Source: Chiloscyllium plagiosum (Eukaryota). Taken from it: a stretch of 24,640 bases of DNA. The stretch spans positions 89,667,800-89,692,439 of the forward strand of contig NC_057718.1 of the NCBI RefSeq assembly GCF_004010195.1. The letters are read 5' to 3'. The notes below the pieces were generated by a model that was given only the letters and a program-made list of their open reading frames with translations, searched no databases and was not told the DNA's origin. Positions 20,305 through 24,640 of the stretch are shown here, one piece after another (positions within the stretch are counted from its first letter, which is position 1; the number at the start of each line of letters is the position of its first letter). The position numbers and the translations under genes are program-made.

Positions 20305-20689
20305 GGAGCAGGAAATTCGACCTTTCAGGCAAAAGCCCTTCATCAGGCATTCCTGCTCCTCGGATACTGCCTGATGAAGCGCTTTTCCAGCACCACTCTA
20401 ATCGAGATTCTGGTTTTCAGCATCTGCAGGCCTCACTTTTGCCTAGTTGATTTTAACCTTACTGTGAATCCTCTGGCAAGGATGCCGACCTTGAAGAAGT
20501 TCTCCTCCTCTCTCTACAAGAATCTCAGTGAGTCTCTCTCTCACTGCAACCCCCAGAGTATTCCTGATGAAGGGCTTTTGCCTGAAACGTCGATTTTCCT
20601 GCTCCTCGGATGCTGCCTGACCTGCTGTGGTTTTCCAGCACCGCTCTAATCTAGACTCTGGTTTCCAGCATCTGCAGTCCTCACTTTTG
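20305..20689 (+). mobile_element. Penelope-like insertion (inverted 5' stub plus partial tandem pLTRs) with 18-bp TSD
   Basis: cacaggtgaagtgcccga is duplicated at 20287-20304 and 20690-20707. Hammerhead cores on minus (20318-20346) and plus (20564-20591). The tail ccagcatctgcag..ctcacttttgc occurs twice. Confidence 0.88.
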
Positions 20690-21058
20690 CACAGGTGAAG
20701 TGCCCGAAGATTGGAGGATGGCTAATGTTTTGCCATCATTTAAGAAAGGCTGTAGGGAAAGGCTGGGGAACTAGAGGCCGAAAGCCTGATGTCTGCAGTG
20801 GATAAGTTGTTAGAGGGGATTCTGAGAGACAGGATCTAGAGGCATTTGGAGAGGCAGGGACTCATTTGGGATAGTCAGCATGGCTTTGTGCATGGGAAAT
20901 GGTGTCTCATGAATTAGACTGAGTTTCTTGAAGGGGTGACCAAGAAAGTAGATGACAGCAACACAATGGATGTTGTCTGCACGGACTTTAGCAAGGCCTT
21001 TGTCAAGGTACTGCATGGTAAATTGTTGAGTAAGGTTAAGTTACGTGGGATCCAGGGA

Positions 21059-21237
21059 CAAGGTCAGAGGTCAGACGGCACCAGGTTCAATCACCTGACG
21101 AAGGAGCAATCCTTCACAAGCTTTTGAAGCGTTGCCCCTTCATCAGGTGATTTCTAATAAACCTGCTGGACTATAACCTGGTGTCATCTCACTTCTGACC
21201 TTATCCACCCCAATCCAAAACCAGCACCTCCACATCA
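21059..21237. mobile_element. Penelope-derived palindromic insertion with 13-bp TSD
   Basis: tgggatccaggga at 21046-21058 and 21238-21250. Contains tcacctgacgaagg...ccttcatcaggtga and is related to 19351-19555. Confidence 0.82.
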
Positions 21238-22202
21238 TGGGATCCAGGGAGAACTAGCCAATTGGATACAAAATTGGCTTGACGGTAGGAGACAGAAGGT
21301 GATGGTAAGGGGGTTGTTTTTCAGACTGGTGGCCTGTGACCAGTGGTGTGTCACAGGGATCGGGGCTGGGCCCATGGTTGTTCATTATTAGATAAATGAT
21401 TTGGATGGGAATTTAGAAGGCATGGTTAGGACGTCTGCCAAGATTGGTGGCATGGTGGACAGTGAAAAAGGTTATCTGGGAATGCAGCGAGATCTTGTCC
21501 AACAGGGCCAGTGGCTGAGGAATGGCAGATGGAATTTAATTTAGATAAATGAACGGTGTTGCATTTTGGTAAAGCAAACCAGGGCTGGACTTACACAGTC
21601 AATGGTAGGGCCTTGAGGAGTGTCATAAAACAAAAAAATCTAGAAATGCAGGTTCATAGTTCCTTGAAAATGGTGTTACAGGTAGACAGGGTGTGAGGAA
21701 GGCTTTTGGTATGTTTGCTTTTATCGGTCAGAGCATTGAGGAGAGGAGATGGGACATCTTGCTGCAGCTGTATAGGACATCGGTGAGGCCACATTTGGAA
21801 TACAGTATGCACTTCAGATCACTCTGCTACAGAAAGGATATTATTAAACGAGACAGGTTTACTAGGGTGCCAGCTGGACTGGAAGGTTTAGGTTATAAGG
21901 AGAGGTTGGATAGACTGGGACTTTCTTCCCTGGAGCATGGGAAATCGAGAGATGACCTTATAGAAGTTTATAAAATCATGAGGGGCACAGATAAGGTAGA
22001 TAGCCAACACCTTTTCCCTGTGGCAGGGGAATCTAAATCTATAGGTTTAAGATGAGAGGGGAGAGATACGAAAGGATTGAGAGGGTCAATTTTTTCACAC
22101 TAAAGATGGTGAGGGTCTGGAACAGGCTGCCAGAGGTAATAGTGGAAGCGAGTACAACTTCATCATTTAAGAAATATTTCGACAGGTACATGGATGGGAC
22201 AT

Positions 22203-22265
22203 GCTGAAAATGTGTTGCAGGTCAGGCAGCATCCAGGGAACAGGAGAATCGACGTTTTGGGCATA
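22203..22265 (-). mobile_element. Short Penelope pLTR fragment within the LINE 3' end
   Basis: gctgaaaatgtgttgc..aggtcaggcagcatccagggaacaggagaatcgacgttttgggcata matches 14408-14465 and the reverse complement of 4585-4660. Confidence 0.75.
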
Positions 22266-22921
22266 CATACCAAAGCAAATAGGACTAGCTTAATTGTGAA
22301 AACTGAGTGGTACAGGCAAGATGGGCCGAAGGGTCTGTTTCCATGTTGTAGACCTCTAGGACACTATGACTATGGGTGATGCTGCAATGACAGGAGACAC
22401 TGTCAGTTAGGCCATACAGATCCAAGTGGTCAACGTGGTCAAGTCTAGATTGCTGTGTTGCTTAGCCTCTTTGGTAGGGCACACCAAAGGAGAGAATTTT
22501 ATATCGCTGCAGCTAATACTCCTGCAGGCAGCACTCTGAAACCCGCAGGATTTCCCACTGTAGAGAGTTTCTCACAAGGGAGGGAACGCCATCCACCCTT
22601 CCCAAGCCCAATGACAGGCAAGGGACAGAACTCCATGTGAGGGTGGTTCAATTACCACAGAAGCTTGCAGTTGGTTGTGTCAAAGATACTTGCCCAATCA
22701 GACCTAACGGACAGTCCCTAACCACGCAGACATGATTCCTACTCCCCACTGTCAACTTTTTTTGTAAAAGCTCATCTGTGTCATTTAGTGATGTTCCAGA
22801 TACTTAGCAAATGCTACACACTACTCAGACCCAGCAGCTCTATACAAGATTCACTGGTTGGTCTTTGTGCACTGAATTTGTAGTGAAGAAGACAGCATAT
22901 GGGGCAGAAATGAGAATCAAC

Positions 22922-23348
22922 AATTATAGGATCTCTACAGGAAGCAGGCCATTCGGCCCACCGAAACCACACCAACCGTCCAAAGAGCATCCCACTCAGA
23001 CACAGCCCCTCTCCACCCCCACCCTATCCCTGTAACCCTGAATTTCCCATGGCTAATCTACCTAGCCTGCACATCCCTGGACGCTACAGGGCAAATTAGC
23101 ATGGCCGACCCACCTGACCTGCACATCTTTGGACTGTGAGAGGAGACCTGAGCACCTGGAGGAAACCCTTTCCAAGCCCAATGATGGGCAAGGGGCAGAG
23201 CTCAACGTGAGGGTGGTATATCTGCCCCAGGAGACACAGGGAGAGTGTGCAAACTCCACACAGACAGTCGGCAGAGGCTGGGGCTGGAATCAAACTCGGG
23301 TCCCTGGCGCTGAGGCAGCAGTGTTAACCACTGAGCCCACCGTGCCGC
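22922..23348 (-). mobile_element. HE1-type V-SINE carrying a ~60-nt foreign insertion
   Basis: HE1 head, core and tail; the consensus ggaaacccacgcagacac is interrupted at 23169-23230. Confidence 0.9.
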
Positions 23349-23907
23349 AAAAGTGGAGGGAATGGGTGTGATGGGGTATAGGATATGACCTCTGTTGAAA
23401 TGCTGCTTGCCTCTCCTATACCACCTTTCCCTGAAGGGCACTGTGATGGTGTGGTACTGTTTCCTTTCAACTCCTAAGGTGCAACTTGAACACATCCTAA
23501 GGCCCAGTCTTCTGACAGCTTTTCAACAGGAAATGGTCCAATTGTATGTTGTGTATATTTTAAAATTCAATTTATGTTCACTTCCTGTCTACAAAGCCTT
23601 ACTGCCTGTTGTTATTTTCTGGCAGACCTCTGTGTCAATTTTTCTCCCCTATAAATTCATATTTCCACATTTATAATGGAAACTGCCTATGTAAACATGT
23701 CACACTGCAATTACACCCTCTCACCAGCAGTGGCTCTACAGGACTTCAGTCTCTCAGCTCCTCAGCCTATCCTAGAGAAAGACTCCTAAACCTCTCATCC
23801 TGTCCAATATTTCCTGGTTTAACCAATAGTAGCGATAACCTGATGATGACACTTGTCCTGCACTCGGGATTGCTACAAATGTACAAACAGACATAAAGAT
23901 CAAGTAA

Positions 23908-24141
23908 TGGATGCTGCCTGTCCTGCTGTGCTTTTCCAGCACCACTCTAATCTAAAGATCAAGTCAGTCAGGCCAAAAGAGGAAGGAATCCAGTCATTTA
24001 AAAGGCATCTGGATGGGTTTGGAGCCTTATGGGCCAACTGCTGGCATATGGGACTCCATTAATTTGGGATATCTGGTCGGCATGGATGCGTTGGACAGAA
24101 GGTCTGTTTCCGTGCTGTATACCTCTATGCCTCTATGACTT
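23908..24141 (+). mobile_element. Penelope pLTR scrap (23908-23953) plus HER1/CR1 3' end (~23980-24141)
   Basis: ggatgctgcctgtcctgctgtgcttttccagcaccactctaatcta, then SFKRHLDG and tail ctctatgcctctatgact. Confidence 0.75.
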
Positions 24142-24344
24142 ACTGAGGCAACATTGACTATCTAAAATGTAGCCTGCTCTCCACTCAACAGCCTGGCTTA
24201 TGAGAAACACCACAGTAGTTCAGATCATCACGGTATAATTTGTTTGGGCTCACTTGGGGTTTTACTAGAAGTGACAATGAGCCAACTCTCTAATCATCAC
24301 TCACGCCACATAGGGAAGTTAATGGCAGCAGAAACAATGGAACT

Positions 24345-24640
24345 GTCATAGAGTCATAGAGATGTACAGCATGGAAACAGACCCTTCGGTCCAACCCGTC
24401 CATGCCGACCAAATATCCCAACCCAATCTAGCCCCACCTGCCAGCACGCAACCCATATCCCTCCAAACCCTTCCTATTCATATACCCATCCAAATGCCTC
24501 TTAAATGTTGCAATTGTACCAGCCTCCACCACATCCTCTGGCAGCTCATTCCATACAAGTACCATTCTCTGTGTGAAAAAGTTGCCCCTTAGGTCTCTTT
24601 TATATCTTTCCCCTCTCACCCTAAACCTATGTCCTCTAGT
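24345..24640 (-). mobile_element. Young HER1/CR1 LINE 3' end (runs off the window)
   Basis: RGERYKRDLRGNFFTQRMVLVWNELPEDVVEAGTIATFKRHLDGYMNRKG; tail (ctctatga)n. Confidence 0.93.

Larger units (their letters stand above)
20270..22375 (+). mobile_element. CR1/HER1 LINE, 5'-truncated, with decayed RT domain through the 3' tail
   Basis: TGEVPEDWRMANV, SQHGFVHG, DFSKAF.KV.HGKL, WIQNWLDGRRQKV, SGVSQGS.LGP, RPHLEY and LIEVYKIMRG, with stops and frameshifts; tail ctatgactatg. Confidence 0.95.

Noticed and set aside
19974..20450. 158-aa ORF
   Set aside because: It spans antisense CR1 and a Penelope insertion junction, so it is a chance frame.
11369..24640. Expected upstream SYNE1 exon (DEQE.VQKRTFTKWINSHLAK)
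   Set aside because: Searched by eye for FTKW(I/V) codons on the minus strand and not found; it probably lies beyond the window.
1..24640. CRISPR array, operon or prokaryotic defence system
   Set aside because: The sequence is vertebrate intron/exon DNA with no regularly spaced repeat-spacer array.

Overview
This is eukaryotic (vertebrate) genomic DNA, most likely from a shark or ray, judged from abundant HE1-type V-SINEs and HER1/CR1 LINE ends. The window lies inside the 5' part of a SYNE1 (nesprin-1) gene on the minus strand. Four canonical coding exons (11273-11368, 8631-8714, 711-803, 430-608) encode most of calponin-homology domain CH1, the Ser-rich linker and the start of CH2. A 21-nt in-frame microexon (3525-3545, SVYRGSP) has neural-microexon-like splice signals. 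I did not find the upstream exons (start codon; TFTKWIN motif) in the window. The rest is intron, densely filled with repeats: about 10 HE1 SINEs, many CR1/HER1 fragments, Penelope-like fragments with hammerhead-ribozyme cores, Deu-SINE-like pieces, a solo LTR and a decayed Myb/SANT-type ORF that is probably Harbinger-derived. Almost all ORFs in the supplied track are repeat-derived or spurious. I see no convincing wholly new biological system. The best leads are the microexon, candidate alternative first exons, the ribozyme motifs and two local templated-copy events. Family names and the human SYNE1 comparisons come from memory, not a database search. Repeat boundaries are approximate unless a target-site duplication (TSD) is quoted.
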